Source of the DNA: Tubulanus polymorphus
Lineage: Eukaryota > Animalia > Nemertea
Assembly (NCBI RefSeq): GCF_964204645.1
Contig: NC_134028.1
Location: 21,138,345-21,202,344 of the forward strand
Direction of reading: 5' to 3'
DNA: 64,000 bases
Shown: in pieces, positions 1 through 19,800 of the stretch
Layout of the letters: each line of letters begins with the position of its first letter
Numbering within the stretch: position 1 is the stretch's first letter
Notes under the pieces: generated by a model
What the model was told of the DNA's origin: nothing
The model's input: the letters and a program-made list of their open reading frames with translations, nothing else
Database searches by the model: none
Translations under genes and position numbers: made by a program

Positions 1-758
1 AAAGCAACCTTCTGTCAGTTCAGGTTCAATCATTAGAACACGTTTGCTGTACACTTCAGTACTTAATCAACTCGCCAAAGGTTATAACAGGTCAGAGATA
101 GTAAATGATTATTATCGGAGGAGCACTTGAGAAAATTTCGGCCGCCATTACGTCCATTAATCGGATGAATATTTTACACCTCGCACTGTACCTATCGGAT
201 ATATCCTAATTACCCGACCTTCCCAAATATGTCAATACCTCTAACCGGTTAACCATTAACAATATTCTTCACAGGAATATATATATTGAAAACTATTTTA
301 TATGCCTCAATTAAAGATTTGATTTTGTCCAATGTTTTGATTAATGAACTAACAACGATATAAGCGGTCATCCATCTGTAGTTAACGTCTCCTCAAGCCG
401 GACGAGATTGACTATTTCTCCATTTAAAGCCTTGCGCATCATTTCGCAGCATGAAATAAACATGGAACAGAAATGTTCTTTAAACGCTTGTTTGATTTAG
501 CGCGGTGCTCCAAAACAAGAAACTTTGCATCATACGTTTCTTGTTTCGCTGTGAAAAAACAGGTGAATCTACGTCTACCGGTAAGATAGAAAAATGCGTT
601 ACACCGCAAAAATCTGTTTCTTGTTTTGCGGTTTTTATGCTGTGTGCCCTAGGCTTAATTGTAAAGGTGATGTAAATGGGACGGGCAAAGAAATGTAACG
701 CAAATTTTGTGCATTTCAACGGATTAGATGGATGGCCCTAAATGTATTGTTATACCAC

Positions 759-791
<33 letters not shown>

Positions 792-831
792 GTTAATTAT
801 GTAATGATCATTTGCTATTTCTGATGTTTAG

Positions 832-846
832 GAGCTTCTCAAGGAG
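832..846 (+). CDS. Candidate 15-nt frame-preserving microexon of glutamate dehydrogenase (adds G-A-S-Q-G)
   Basis: tttgctatttctgatgtttag|GAGCTTCTCAAGGAG|gtaatc: good acceptor and donor, length a multiple of 3, no stop in phase 1 (the phase of the acceptor at 4401). The upstream exon is outside the window. Confidence 0.4.
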
Positions 847-2271
847 GTAATCTTATCGTTACGTTCTATATTTTATTTCTATATATATTACTCATTATAT
901 ACTAAACTGAAAAATCAAAACAAATCTATTTTGTGTTGAGATTGATTCTACTAATTCTACTGCTACACTCGTCAAGCTAAGCTTTAGTATGAAAATGACT
1001 TGGTTTTGAAGGCTATTGAACCGTTTTTGATGGTTCTTCTTCGGTGGCCTTTCCTAATCGTGAAATAAACCTTGGGCTATTAATGGTAACCTACTTAGCT
1101 TCTAGGGAATGTTGCGGGTATTTAGTGAGAGAATAAATCTCGAAATAGTAACAGGGAATGCTGCTCCTACGAGCCCAGCTAGTCAGCTAATGTCGCTCCA
1201 GTAGGGCAGGGTGACATTCTATTTCGCTCATTGTGCGCTTGTCCCCCGTTATCGCTCTACATGCACTTCAAATAACATACGTTTTTGGTTTTTAGCTATA
1301 ATAGGGTAGGTCCATGAATGAAACCTATCGCAAATTAGCTTATCTCCAATATTTCTCCGCTCTTCGCAAGGCCGACCTACGCCCGGCTTAACATACCGGG
1401 ATAACTTACGCGGCATAACGCCACTTTCTAATCTGGCTTGCTTTAAATCAAAGAGACCCAGTTCTTCTTAGACCGGTAAAAACTTCAATGAAACATTCGT
1501 CTTCCGGGTTATAAGACCGGGTTGTTTCATAACCCTGAAGTCCAAAGACGTTCACGTCAGGTGAGAAGCCAAATATACATACAGCAACACGTTAATAACG
1601 TGAAACAGTACTAGTTCAGCTGAACCATGTTCAACCACCTTCCACGTGTTTAATATTGTTTACTATTGTGTGAGATGGAGGAATCGTGACTATCGAGAAC
1701 TACCTTTCGCTGCCTATCCTATCTATAGCATATGCGTACATGATCGTTGAAGTTTAATACTTCAACGTACGATAGCAATAGCGTAACAGCCACCGATATA
1801 GAATAATATACAATGATAGTCGAACGTGCTCAATATTTCATTAACGACTTGGACAAATTCTCTGTCAGATCGGTTTGTTTGTTAGAATGTACATTTGTCG
1901 AGGAAATAGAACAATGGTTTTTTTTTATATACAAAAAAGAACAACTGTATACAGTTAGAGCCTAGGGGTAATACATATATACCGTATAGCCTAGTAGTAA
2001 TATACATATGCCGTATAGCCTAGAGGGGTAATACATGTATGAAAGGAAGTTAGAACTTTTGTATTAGAAATATTTTATTTGTGTCTATCCCACATGGTGA
2101 ACACAATGTTGTAATTTCAATTTTCTGATTACCAGTAGTGGAGTGACTGCAAGTTAGCACACTGAAGGCACGCTAGATAGAATCAATCAAACATTGTCTG
2201 CATCATTACTAAAACGGATGTCAATTGATTGCAGGCTGACAAAACCAACATACCGGTACATAACACATACA

Positions 2272-2468
2272 TATAATAACCTTATGATCACAGACATACA
2301 ATAACCTTATGATCACAGACATACAATAACCTCATGATCACTGACATACATTAACCTCATGATCACAGACATAGGTTAACCTCATGGTCACAGACATACA
2401 ATAACCTCCCTATGATCACAGACATACAATAACCTCATGATCACAGACATCAGTTATCTCATGATCAC
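2272..2468. repeat. ~26-bp minisatellite (CAGACATACAATAACCTCATGATCA-like), about 7 copies
   Basis: Tandem units read directly from the sequence. Confidence 0.85.
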
Positions 2469-3463
2469 GGGGTAAGGAGGTTTTAGTTTTAGTTAATATA
2501 AAGGCCTTTTACTTTTGTATTTTCCATGAGGTATAAACTTTATTCCATTCTTGAAGAGTATAGTTTGAATTTTCTACAGGATGATTCTCCACAGCGTCTA
2601 TGATGGCGTCACATTTCACCTGACACTTGTGGTTATATCACCACCACCCCTCCCCGGCCCCGGGCTCAGTTCATTTTAGGGATAATAAACGAATTGTCGC
2701 AATATTCGTCCATGTCACTCAAGTTATACGTTGATCATTTAGATTTGTTTTGATTTTTAGTAATGTGTACGGGTACTGTGTCATGTTTAAAGCTAACCCC
2801 GATCGCTGCAGCAAACCTTGTTTCAACCGTCATTTTCAAAGAGAGAAAATCATATACAATATGTACATAGCAAGAGATAAAGACCAGGAACAGGAAACTG
2901 ATTTGTGTTTTTAATTTGCCCTGGTCTCTATTGCATAAAATAAAACAAGAAACATATTGAAACAAACCTACCGCGCAATGACCATCGCCATTTTAATCAG
3001 TAATTTGATCTGTTCACATGTTTTTGAAACGATGATTTCGTGTGTACCTAAATCGGCGTGCTGGTTTTAGTAAACACTGTTTCGCGTAGCTAGCCGCGAA
3101 ACAAGCCGGAAACGTGTTTCTTGTTTATTCCTTGCAGTGTGCGCCAGGCTTAAATCAAGGTTTGTAGCAGGGAATATAGGTGTCATATTTAAAGTATAAC
3201 AATGCTAGCAGTTTTGCTGCAAATCAAACTTTGTGGTCATTGATGATTCATGCATGCAATTAAAAAATTCATAGAATTCGGTCACTAATATTTTTGCGCA
3301 TGTGACTTGAATATAGATATCGAAAAATATCCCCGATCTTTAATTTTTGTTTTCGCAAAACTCACCATTTCCCAATTCTGATGCCAGAACGATTGGTAGT
3401 TTTTCTAGTATTTCTCTTTAGTCCATCGTAGCCCATTATTCAAGAGTTCGGCTTCTTTAAGAC

Positions 3464-3819
3464 TAATGTCTATTTCAACTTGGCTTGAGAGCACATCAAG
3501 TGGCCTAGCTCAGTCAGTTTTGATGGTACATACCTGATAAAAGTCTATTAGGACCAGAAAGGACTGGCAGTTGGCCTAAAACATTGATTTTTAATCCATT
3601 TTGAACTGTATTGAAGGATATCCAAAAAGTCTTCATTGAAAGGGAATGAAGACTTTTTTGCCATCCCTCAATACAGTGAAGAATGTATTAAAAAACGATG
3701 CTTTAGGTTAACTGCCAGTCCTTTCTGGTCTTAATAAGACTTGTAGCAGGTATTTACTACAGAAATTGATCAAGCTAGGCCACCCGATGTGGTCTCATGT
3801 CAAGTTGAAATAGACATTA
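3464..3819. mobile_element. Foldback/MITE, nearly full-length inverted repeat
   Basis: taatgtctatttcaacttggcttgagagcacatcaagtggcctagc... is mirrored by ...gctaggccacccgatgtggtctcatgtcaagttgaaatagacatta; the inner arms (ggaccagaaaggactggcagtt / aactgccagtcctttctggtc) also pair. Confidence 0.75.
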
Positions 3820-4400
3820 ACCGTTTAATCCGTGAACACCTGGGCTCGGTTTTATAGACCGGTGTTAAATTATTGAACCTTGCGCGTACTGAAAACGGGA
3901 TCCAGTTTCTTATTTGTGGGTTTAGATTTTGACCTGTGAAGCCAAGATCAGGAGTCAGTTTCGCAAAAAGGTTTAAATCTTAAATCGATTTAAGACAAAG
4001 TGAATTGATGAAGAAATTGAATCAATTTAAGCAAAGCCTTTTTGTGAAACTGAACCCTGTTCATTTTCAGCTAACGCTTAGGGTCAGATTCTGACTCATA
4101 ACTATGAAACCAGGTCGCGATTTATAAAACCCGCAACAACTTTTTTTGGGCAAAACTGACCCCGAACTGCCCGGGCTACATATATAGGTTGCAAAACATG
4201 AACAAATATGATAATGTCTTCTTTTCAATTCCCGTGGCTTTAGTTGTTTGTGTAGACTTCAGTGATAGTTGTCTAAATCGACCCCCCCCCTTGTAGAGGG
4301 TTGCTCCCGGTGATCAGAAGAAGGAATATATTTCCATGATTATGATAGCGCCAGCTCGTTGTGTTGAATTGATGGATTATTTCGTCGTTTATATTTATAG

Positions 4401-9306
<4,906 letters not shown>

Positions 9307-10175
9307 AGATAAATCAATCAACTATTAATTATATTATACAATTCAACCTTTCTCATTTCTACGGTAACAACAGCAGACGCATATCTGTCATGTGTTAATC
9401 TTAATTTGAAATCATTCCGTTTTTGTGCCGTGCACCGCCCATTTTCTCCACTCAATCCCCTTCTAAACGTTCGCTGACCTGTCGTTTGTGTACCCTACAA
9501 AAATTACTTACAACTGTTGAAAAGAGTTCAATATCGAACATATGTTGTGAATTGTAAACGGATCTAAGAACTAGTCTTTTACGTGAATGTTATTAGAAAA
9601 TCTTTGGAAAAAAAAACATCATCAATGATACCAGCTTTTTCTGGGTTTCTTAGAATTAGTTTCGTCATTAGCTGTAATGATTGAAAGCATAATTTAAAAA
9701 GAATTGATTAATGATAAAATGTGTTAGTTGTGTGTGCGTGTCTGTTTGTATCTGTGTGTTTAACATTAGGTTCATCTCTTTGTTCCACTCCTATCAATGT
9801 CGCCATTGTACAAAGCTTGTTAATGATCATCTTAAAAACCTTGAAAATATCGTTGTTACTTTCGAATTGTCACTCTTTAATTGGTTGTGCATTTTTCATT
9901 TCTTAATTTTTTTCAATCGATCGCATGATTTGCTAGGTTTGTCGTTTATATAAACCTGGCTGTATTGACGACACTAGTCATTATCGATTTAAACCGTAAG
10001 GAATCAGGTGTCAATTTTTCACGTCTTTAAACTATGATTACATAAACACAGATGATATAGCACACTACCGGTAACTAATGAACGCTGTACATTAAATTGC
10101 TTCTTATGGGAGCATGAGCTTTATACTTTCATCATGTCATTATTTGTATAGATATATATAATGTCATATGTGTAG

Positions 10176-10181
10176 AATAAA
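10176..10181 (+). terminator. Probable polyadenylation signal of GDH
   Basis: AATAAA about 870 nt after the stop codon, followed by a GT/T-rich tract. Confidence 0.55.
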
Positions 10182-10274
10182 CTTAATAACTAAGAGTGAT
10201 GGTATCAAATTCAGTTTTGTTTTTATTTCTTGAGAGGCTTCTCCACGCGTGTCATAGCCAGAGCTCTCCAAGGG

Positions 10275-10665
10275 CAGGGCTATTTCATATAGATACTATG
10301 AGGATGTCCGACTCAGGACAGGGATTAATTTAGCCCTCTCCCTGGGTAGATGTAACAGCCATTAATAAACGCTCGGGTGTCATCTATCGGGCCAGGTATC
10401 CATTACTGGGTGGAAAGACCAGCTGGGTCAGACACTCATATCTAGCGGTATATGGTGGAATAGCCCGGTCCTGGGTCAGACAACCCTGTATCTGTATTGA
10501 ATAGCCCAGTCCTGGGCGACAGATCCTCATACCCATATAGGAAATAGCCCAGTCCTGGGTAACCTCATCTATATCAAGTAGCCTGGTCCCGGTCCGACAT
10601 CCTCATATCTATTAGATGAAAAAGTCCTGTCCTGGGTTGGACATCATGTCTAAATGAAATAGCAA
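10275..10665. repeat. Degenerate ~40-bp tandem and inverted repeat between the convergent GDH and TBL3 3' ends
   Basis: Repeated atagcccagtcctgggtcagacatcctcatatct units, with an inverted copy at about 10277-10325. Confidence 0.6.
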
Positions 10666-10771
10666 AATTTCACATGCTTGGGAGTAGTGATCATTCCGAC
10701 TAAAGTCCAGGCTTTGTACTGTAACCACTAAGTTAAATCATGCTGTTTTTGGTATCAATAATAATAAGATG

Positions 10772-10777
10772 TTTATT
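10772..10777 (-). terminator. Probable polyadenylation signal of TBL3
   Basis: tttatt (AATAAA on minus strand) about 30 nt after the stop at 10808. Confidence 0.55.
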
Positions 10778-10807
10778 ATATACAAAATATTGACATACAT
10801 CATCACA

Positions 10808-13800
10808 TCATGTGATCAATTTTCGTTTTCCTAGTTTTGTATTAAGAGTTTGTTTTGCTAGTTTTGTGTTTTCCTGTTTCCTCAGTTGAGGATGTTTAGA
10901 AACAAGTTTTTCACAGATTTTTTCAACAATAATTTCCTCCTCGACGGATGATTCCTCTTCGTCGCTCGAATCATTCTCATCTTCATCATCGTTTGACTCA
11001 TTTTCAAAGTCCATTTTATCAGATTCATTTGACTTTGTCTCCTCACCATCTGAATCATCTTCACTATCATCTTTTTCATTATCATCTTCACTAACGTCAT
11101 CTTCACTAACATCCTTTTCATCAGACCCCTTCATTAACAAGAAAAAGAAGCTATTTAAAACTTTAAGGAAGCTTTAAGCCCCGAGTAGGCTAAAAATGTA
11201 TCAGATATCTCAACTGTAGTAAATACCATACATCTTTCCTACAGCGTGGACCCAACTCTGGTTAAAACTAACAGATTTTCGGGTGCCCTGAAGTTTGTTC
11301 TAAGGTTCCAACTTAGATTCAATACTTAGTGATCTATTGAGATATCATAACGCACACGGTTTAATGAATCATTCAGATACTTACAGATGAATTTTTGTCT
11401 GTATCCATGAAGAATTTAACTGATTCGGTCAGACCACCATCGCCGATACCTTTCGTGTCCGTTTCGCTGAAATACACATCAGACGTCCAAATTTCAATAC
11501 AAACCGCTTATTTTCTTTCAGCAATACAGTGATTGAATATCCACAACATACCTCACGATTGTATCAAGTTTCATACATTGCCACGTGTAATCAATGAATG
11601 TAGATTGCTGCTGTAATCGACCAATTCGTAAATTATGTCTCTCTGAAATAGTATATAACATTAATCAGTTCCCAGTTTCTAAAGGGCTATGAGTTCGAAA
11701 CTGCAGTCAAGATAGGTTGAAGCACAGGTGTGAAATCGGTTTCTCAATTCAGTAGTGCTAGTGTGAATGTGAGAATGGACATGGCACTAAAAACCATGAA
11801 CAAGCCATTAATTTACAAAACAGCAAAACATGTTTTACAAACTAAGCTTATTCAGCTCTGGATTCAGTTTCATGAAAAAGTTTAACTCAAATGTTTGGTT
11901 AAGTTACTATTCGCAACTTCATACTCTCAATGAGGACAACAATTCAATCCAAATCTCTCATGAAACCGGACCCTGAACAATGTTTGACTGTGATGCCAGG
12001 CAAGTAAAACCGAGTTAAAAACTATTTTTCGCTTTCGGGACCCAAAGGTTTTAGTTTAATGGTTCCAAGGCGAAGGGGTGATACATGTGACCCCTGATGG
12101 TGAAGAAAATATGAAATTGGCTGTAGTTTTCAGATCGCAATCACTAGCTTCAACATTAAAATATAGCGCTACCTGTGTACGGCAATAAACCCTCTAATGA
12201 TGATTTTACATCAGGTAATTCCATTATTTCTTCGGGAGTGAAATTTCTCAATACCAAATTCAATATATACTGAGCCTCGTGACAATGTTTACTGTTTGAA
12301 TTCCATTTTACTGCGAATCGTAAAATTGCACCTGAAAAATACAAGCAAGAATTCATTCACATTTGAATAAAACCATTTTCTCTCATTGAAAATTGGATAT
12401 GTTCAGTCCATAATTGGAGCCACCCAAGATGGCTCGAAATGATATGGTTTGGATTTTCTGAAAGCACCCAACCATTACTGGTACTATTGCTTACATGCTT
12501 GAAAACCCTCCCGATAATGTAACTGCCAATTCATATCATCATCTCCTACAGTTTAATTCTATGAAGATATTGTTTCTGGAAGGTCACTATTTTGTTGTAT
12601 GCCACAGTCGACTTACCTATTTGATCCATTCTTAATTTTCGAAAAGTCTGTTCCAAATGTGTTTGACCAGCAGGTTCCGAAAGAATTTCTGTAAGAAATC
12701 GAACATACTTTAAACGTCAACTAAAATATTCTACTTATACAATGCATCCTCCCACGGCAGGGATTTGAACCTGATGGCATCGCTACACTCAGCCACGGCA
12801 TGAACCCCCGCCACACTAGACTCAGTGTGCAGATACATGGAAAACTATGAATGGGAAAACCTCAGAACTCATGTAACTCAGAATTGATTGGGCCCGAGAG
12901 CTACGCGGCAAGCGCAGTCTACTGCATATAAAACATTGGGCACAGTAGAGTCAAGTTGGCAAGTTGTACCTTTTTAACTTCTTTATTTCTCACAAGAAAC
13001 GCGTTTCGGCACAGTGTATTTTTTTAGTATGTTTACCTTTTACTATCGTGTAAACACGAAATGGCTGCTCAAGAGTTATAGCTATTCCGATAGCCTTCAA
13101 ATATTTCTTCTCGTGAAGTAGATTCATCAGCTCTTGTTCCCTATCAAATACGAAATAATTCGACATTCAAACATTGAATATCTCTTTTGACTGCAAGGTA
13201 GAAAGGACTTTGGATTTCTGTTAATGTTGCGCGCAGATAGCGGCTCAATTCCCGGGCCGGCTACCAAACTGAGTGCACTATACTGAGTCTTCTGGGGCCA
13301 AGCAGTCAACAAGAATAAATGTCAGCCTTACTAGCTGCAGTCACGGTAATAACAGTTTAAGTAAATGTACGCAAGTATTCTTACTTCAGTAAGAGATTTT
13401 CTTGGGTTTTCCGAGCTACTGCCAGTTCTTCAGCCGTCACATCCTGAAAACGACACAATATCAGATTTCCTTAAAACGTTGTAAAAAACAAAATAAATCT
13501 ATAGATTTTCATTTCATTTTCCATTCAATACCATATATAAGACTAAATCATGAAAAGAACCACAACTGTATGGACAAATAATCCATTCATCGTTTGAGGT
13601 CAAGTACACCAGGTGAGTGGAGCGTTTGCCCAAGGGCCTTGTCCTGAACTTCAGTTTCTCCCAAAACCCAGGAGCAAATGGGATCTCATCCCAGACTTGT
13701 GATGGTATGCTCTCGGTCAGTCTTAAGAGCAGCATCTAGATCAGTTGCGACTGGAAGAGACCACGGTATACAGAGATTTACCGTACCTTCCATAGTATGA

Positions 13801-16800
13801 TATTAGAATCATCGGCTCCTGTGGCGACTACATTTTCCTTTTCGCTGACAGCCATTGCCCAAATTTTACCATCGTGTTCATCGAAAGATTTCACGCATTC
13901 GTTCGATTTAATCGTCCACAGTTTAACGAGTCCATCGGAGCCGCTGAAAATTCATCACAGCAGACAAAGTTAGATTTATAACAGTCCCGGCCTCAACAAA
14001 TGCTTAATCTCTTAAAACGCGTAAGTACCGGTAAATGATGCTTACACAATAGCATTCCTTCAAATTGAAGGCAATATATTTTTCATAACTGGACAAACAG
14101 TGATGTAAATCAATTGAGATGAACTGAATTAATGCATAAATCAAACTGATGCCAGGAGGAACTGGTTCCTGATTTCCTGATTCATTAAAAAATTAAAACC
14201 TTAAATCGATTTAATTTCCTTGTCAATCCATTTCTCTCAATTTAAGAGCGATTTTTATGAAACTGGACCCCGAATCCAGATGCTTAATCCTATTTTTCTA
14301 TCGTAACATTTCAAGGATGGCCCCAAATCGAAATATGTTACCTCGACAAAAGCTGCATTCCTCTCGTTACGAACGAAACTTTCAGTACGGAAGATTCGTG
14401 ACCTTGAAACGTCTTCACGCATGTGAAATCGCTGAGTGCCCAAACTTTAATCGTACAATCAGCGGAGGACGTCACGACGGCCTGGTCAACGGGAGAAAAC
14501 TGTGTGCACCAAACTCCTCGCTTGTGTCCTCGCAGAACTCCAACAAGTTTCAACTCCGGAAGTTGCCAAATCTATGAAATACATGGACACTCGTGCTCAA
14601 ATGTGGTTCAGAATGAAGATAATGAACAGCTAACAATAGATGACCTCAATGCCAACGTAATAGAAAATGTGATAAACTACAGTTTTGCAATTAATGATGA
14701 TAATGAAATATCATTTGTATAGCGCCGATTTCACTGATTTTATGTTCAAAGGGAAGTTCAAGTTTAACAAAATCAAGTAACAATTATGTTTTTAGGAGTC
14801 TTTTTTGAATTTAGAGGTCCATGACGAATGTTTTTGGGTAGAGCATTCCAAAGGGTGGGAGCTAGAAATGTGATAGATCGTCGGCTGATTGCGGTATAAA
14901 TCAAACATATGTAAGCACCATGCAAATACTCGGTGAATTTCACTATTCAACTCCCCCTGGTGGTGAACATAGAAATCATGGTAATCCATGACTAATCTAA
15001 GGGCGTTTTTTACCTTTGCCGTTTTATCCTGAGAAGCCGAGACCGCGAGTTTATCATTAGGAGACACAGCGATGTAATTGATGTCTTTGTCGTGACTTCG
15101 TTCTGTAATTTGAGCGTTTAACGCGACCGGTTGTTCCCCGTCTACGTAATCGACAATATTCGATAACGACCACAGTTTCAACGTCAAATCTTCCCCGCCG
15201 GAGACCACAAACGACGCACTGAGTCTGCAATTATATCATATTTAGTGAAAAACTTAATACACCCTATTATACCAGTTCAAATTAAGTAAAATTAGCTTAG
15301 CCAAAGGTAACTTGAAACCTAATAACTTATCAGAATTTCGTTTTCGTATTTCTTGAAAAAATTAGCAGATTAGTTTTCTACAGTAAGTGTTATACTCTGT
15401 CCTGCTAGGAACAGATATCAATATAAAGCAATTCAAAATCCTAAATGAAAATATCGTACCTAGAAATAGCTAAAGCATTGACAGCATGGGTGTGACCGTA
15501 TCCAATAGCGACGCATTTAAACGATCGAGTTTCCGATTCGTATTTCCAAACGCGCACAGAATTATCCTTCGCAGAACTGACTAAAATATCATCGACCCGA
15601 TTACAGTCAATACACAACACCGTGTCGGTGTGACCGTCTAAAATCTGACAATCCCATGTCTCACGATTGAACACTTTTATCTGTTTACTGTTCGTCGCTA
15701 TGGCCACATTTTCCTCGGCGGCTCCGAAGAATTTTATATCCAAAATGTCGTCGTTGTATCCAACAAACTGTAAAACGAAACAAAGCGACATGAGATAATT
15801 TAACCCTTTCCGTGCTGACTAATTAATACCCTATAGTGCTTGAGAAAATGCGAAAAATTTGGGAAAATTCCACCCTAGTGTGTTGAATAACGGGAATAGC
15901 ACTATAATGTGTCTACACCGCAGGGCGGTGTATCGTTAGTGACTAATATTTCACTATGTTTGACAGGTGCTGCCATATTTCAAGAGAGATAATTACTAAT
16001 TACTAATTAAATCAATACACCGCAACGCAGTGTACTAGCAAAATCCATCACCGATTTATACACCGCACTGCGGTGTAGATGCACTGAAAGGGTTAAGACA
16101 AACTGACTAGAAGTAGCTGCGAAGCTGTTCAATTTCCGTAAAACCCAACAGGGATACGCTATGAACTACATTAGCTGTCCTGCATTTTCAACTATACTAA
16201 ACAACACAATCTAAAATCAATTTCCGTTTGATGAAAAACTCAGAATCCGTATTGTAATGAAAATATAAAATCCCACAATACTAGAATGACAAAACGAGTC
16301 CGCAATATTTCCTTAAACTATAAGCTGAAGGGAACATTTTTATTCCTATAGTGGGATTACGTATTAAACTAAAACTAAATCAAGCTATACTTTATGGTTA
16401 CAATTGTTTGATTGAAATTTACCTGTTTTTCTAACGAGAAATTCTCATCGTTATACAACAGTATATTGTGATCGACCGTAGTGACGACGACGGCGTTTAG
16501 ACCGGATACACGCGTGGCGTGCGAGATGACGTACGAGTGTTCAACGCTCTGTTCATGAACGCAACGAGAAGATGTAGCATTCCATACTTTCAACTTGCCT
16601 GAAAATATATACTACATACGTCACACTGGATTCTAGGACAATTGCCCCCCGAATAAAATACTTTTAGATTTGGATTAACACCACCTAAATACTTTACTTA
16701 GATATTCATTTGTATATTATTGAATATAGATTTATAAGATACAGAATTACTGATGTGTGCAGATAAAAAACTTTAAATCAGTCCTTGAGTTATTATAATT

Positions 16801-19800
16801 CACTTACCAAATTAAAGGAAACTTAATTAGTCCACTTATTAGCGCGATAGTTAACGTTGGTTCATTTATTGGAATTAGTTTGTGTTACTGTAGCCAATCA
16901 AAAACTAAATCAGTGCTAGAGTAATCTGCGCTAATTAGCTAGAATTGGTTCGCTTTGTCTGATTAATTAGAAATAAATATCACTTTAGGATAAAAAAGAT
17001 TTAATTTGGGGGGCAATTTTCCGGGGGGGGGGGGGGGGGGGCAAAACGTTGTGATAAAACATCTAACGACCGCTGTAAGATCGGACGTTTTTTGTCTCTC
17101 TATTTGTCATTAATTTCATTTTAGAAATGAAAATGTTTTGAGATGTAGTCATGAACCCAGATGTAGCTCGGATGATCAAAAAATAGAAGAGTGGCAAGGT
17201 TTAATGCAGTGGCGTTGGAAGTGCAGCAACGAAAGCCGCGGCAATAATTTACTGAATGACGTTTTTTTTTCTTTGAATACCACGTTTTTGAAGGAATTAA
17301 GTCAATTCGCCGCGGCAATATTAAGAATCTGTTCAAAATCGGCATTCGGCAGCAGCAATAAAACATTGCTTCCTACGCGCCTGTAATGTAATACTACCCC
17401 TTGTGTAAAGTCTCTCCCTCGGCAGATGAAACACTACATTCTAGCTGGTTCTAAGCACTTAGGGGGTCATTCTATAAGGACTGATGGGTGGTATTATCTA
17501 TAGGTATATCTCTAATGTATGTCTGATGCATGTGTGTATTTATGTATTTACTACAAAATACAAATTATTAGACGTTTATGATGTTTAAAATTTTGATTTT
17601 TATGCTTAACAATCTGATGTCAAATACAATACATAACAGTTATGTATTGTATTTGACATAAAATTTACCTTTAGCACCGGCTGTGATGAAATGAACATCA
17701 GTTTTCTCCGTTTTTACGCCGAACTGTGGAAAATCTTTACCTTCCTCGAGGATGATGACTGACTCGATTGACTGTAGAAATAACAATGAGTTTGTTATGA
17801 GATCAGCGTTGTAATTATGGACGCGAAATGGAAATGGAAACGTTGAACCCCCCCCACACAAACTCTACTGATAGAGCTAACAATTTCTGAATCACCCTGG
17901 ACTGCGGCAGCAGCTCACGAGTCAAATCATCGATAGTGGCTGAGCATTTGTTCCTTTGGATGTACATTGAATAGAAACAGAAGGAAATAACTAATTTTTT
18001 AAGTAGGGCCTCAAAAATCCTTCAGCAGTCTCTACTGCATTTGCCACAATGTTAAATCGTACATACAACTCAAACGCTCCCTTTCTGTTTCACACATCTC
18101 ATAGTGAAATATCAGACTTTGACAAACCTCATATACAGGAATCGTCTTTTTTCTTTTGAAATCTTTTGTATTCCACACGAGGACAACATTGTCGCGTCCG
18201 GAACTGCAAGAAGTTAAAGAAATGTTTACCGTCATATTGCAAAACCAAATTCTCACAAGATTGGCAAGATTGATTTTAATGAAATCAGTGGTCAATAGCA
18301 TTATCCAAATTTGACTTTTCCGGGTTTTGAGCGAAATTTGAGGGGCCAAGGCCTAAAACTCAGAATTTGAGGGATTTTGTACCCTAAAAATTGATTTTGG
18401 AATTTGAGGGGTTTTCGAGGGATTTGAAGGGCTGTAGGAACCCTTGAAACTGACCTGAGAGCGGTATTTCCATCAGCAGTAAATGCTAGATCAGTGATGT
18501 TACTGTAATGACCTTCTAAAACACTGATACATGAACTCATCTTTAGGTCCCAAACGCGTATAGTATAATCATCGGCCGCCGAGAACAACTGTAATCGTGT
18601 GATATCTGGATGAAACTTCGTCAAACTATAAATCAAACAACTCATCATCATTTCACAAATACTACGATTATTGTACGATAACCACACTCAAACGTGGTGA
18701 ACGGATAATAAGATAAAAACACACTATGTAAAATAACTTGTCACTCAGATATCAGTACCAATTTAAATAATGGCTTTTCTCTGCACAATTCCCTTCTTTT
18801 AAGTATATTACTTCATGCCTTGCCGAACATTAATTACTTACTCACTCACTAATTAGCCTGTTCTCTGAATATATATACCCCTGTTTTTAGTCAATACCTC
18901 ACATCTGACGATGATCTCTAGGGTGAGATCATGTATTTTATTTTCCATTGTTCGAATAAATAAATTCTTAAATTTAATTCGTACATAATAGTGGGTTTTT
19001 ATCTTGCAACGATTATCTTCATCGGTTTACTTTTCACGCCAGTTGTGGCTCGCGGGGGGTTTACTGTAGTAAATAATACATACGTCACGACACCTTGATG
19101 ACCTTTCAAATTGTGAGTGCAATATTGTTGAATTATATCCCAGATTTTAATCGTTGAGTCACTGCCACCAGTGGCGAGCAATGTCGACGTACAATCGAAC
19201 CCCATACTGGCAACAGGTGCCGTGTGAATCGCCTGCAAAATCATAGAAATCATCACAATTTAGCATTTAAGGAATATATCGCATTGAAACATGATATTTC
19301 TTTTAAATCTTAACATAGGGATTGTCCCTGTTATTTATTTGGCTGGTAAATTTTGTTTGATTTTTTTCGATTGAGTCTCCCTTACTGACCCACCACACCT
19401 GCCGGGAGCGAGGCCTTGATTTTGAAATCGGAAATCGAAGTGCAGATATAGTCGTGTGATCGGCGGTCGAGTTCACAGAATTATTTGTTTAAATCGAAGA
19501 ACATAATTGGAAATTCGGTTCCAGGTGTTAAATGGTATTTGCCATGGCAACCATTACATGTGAGAAGAGGTCTAAAACAAAACCATCTGTACAATTAATT
19601 AAGAAATCATTTTGACCTAATGGGACATTCAAAATTTTGTTAATTTTCAAACACCTTCAATTTTAGCACAGGATGTACATGCCAGTTTATTCCCCCAACT
19701 GATGCATGCGTTCATACTTCATGAATTACACTCGACTCCAAATTTCTGATGCAGTGATGAATTAATTTTCAAATGTCTCAGAGGGGCCAGTTATTAGATA

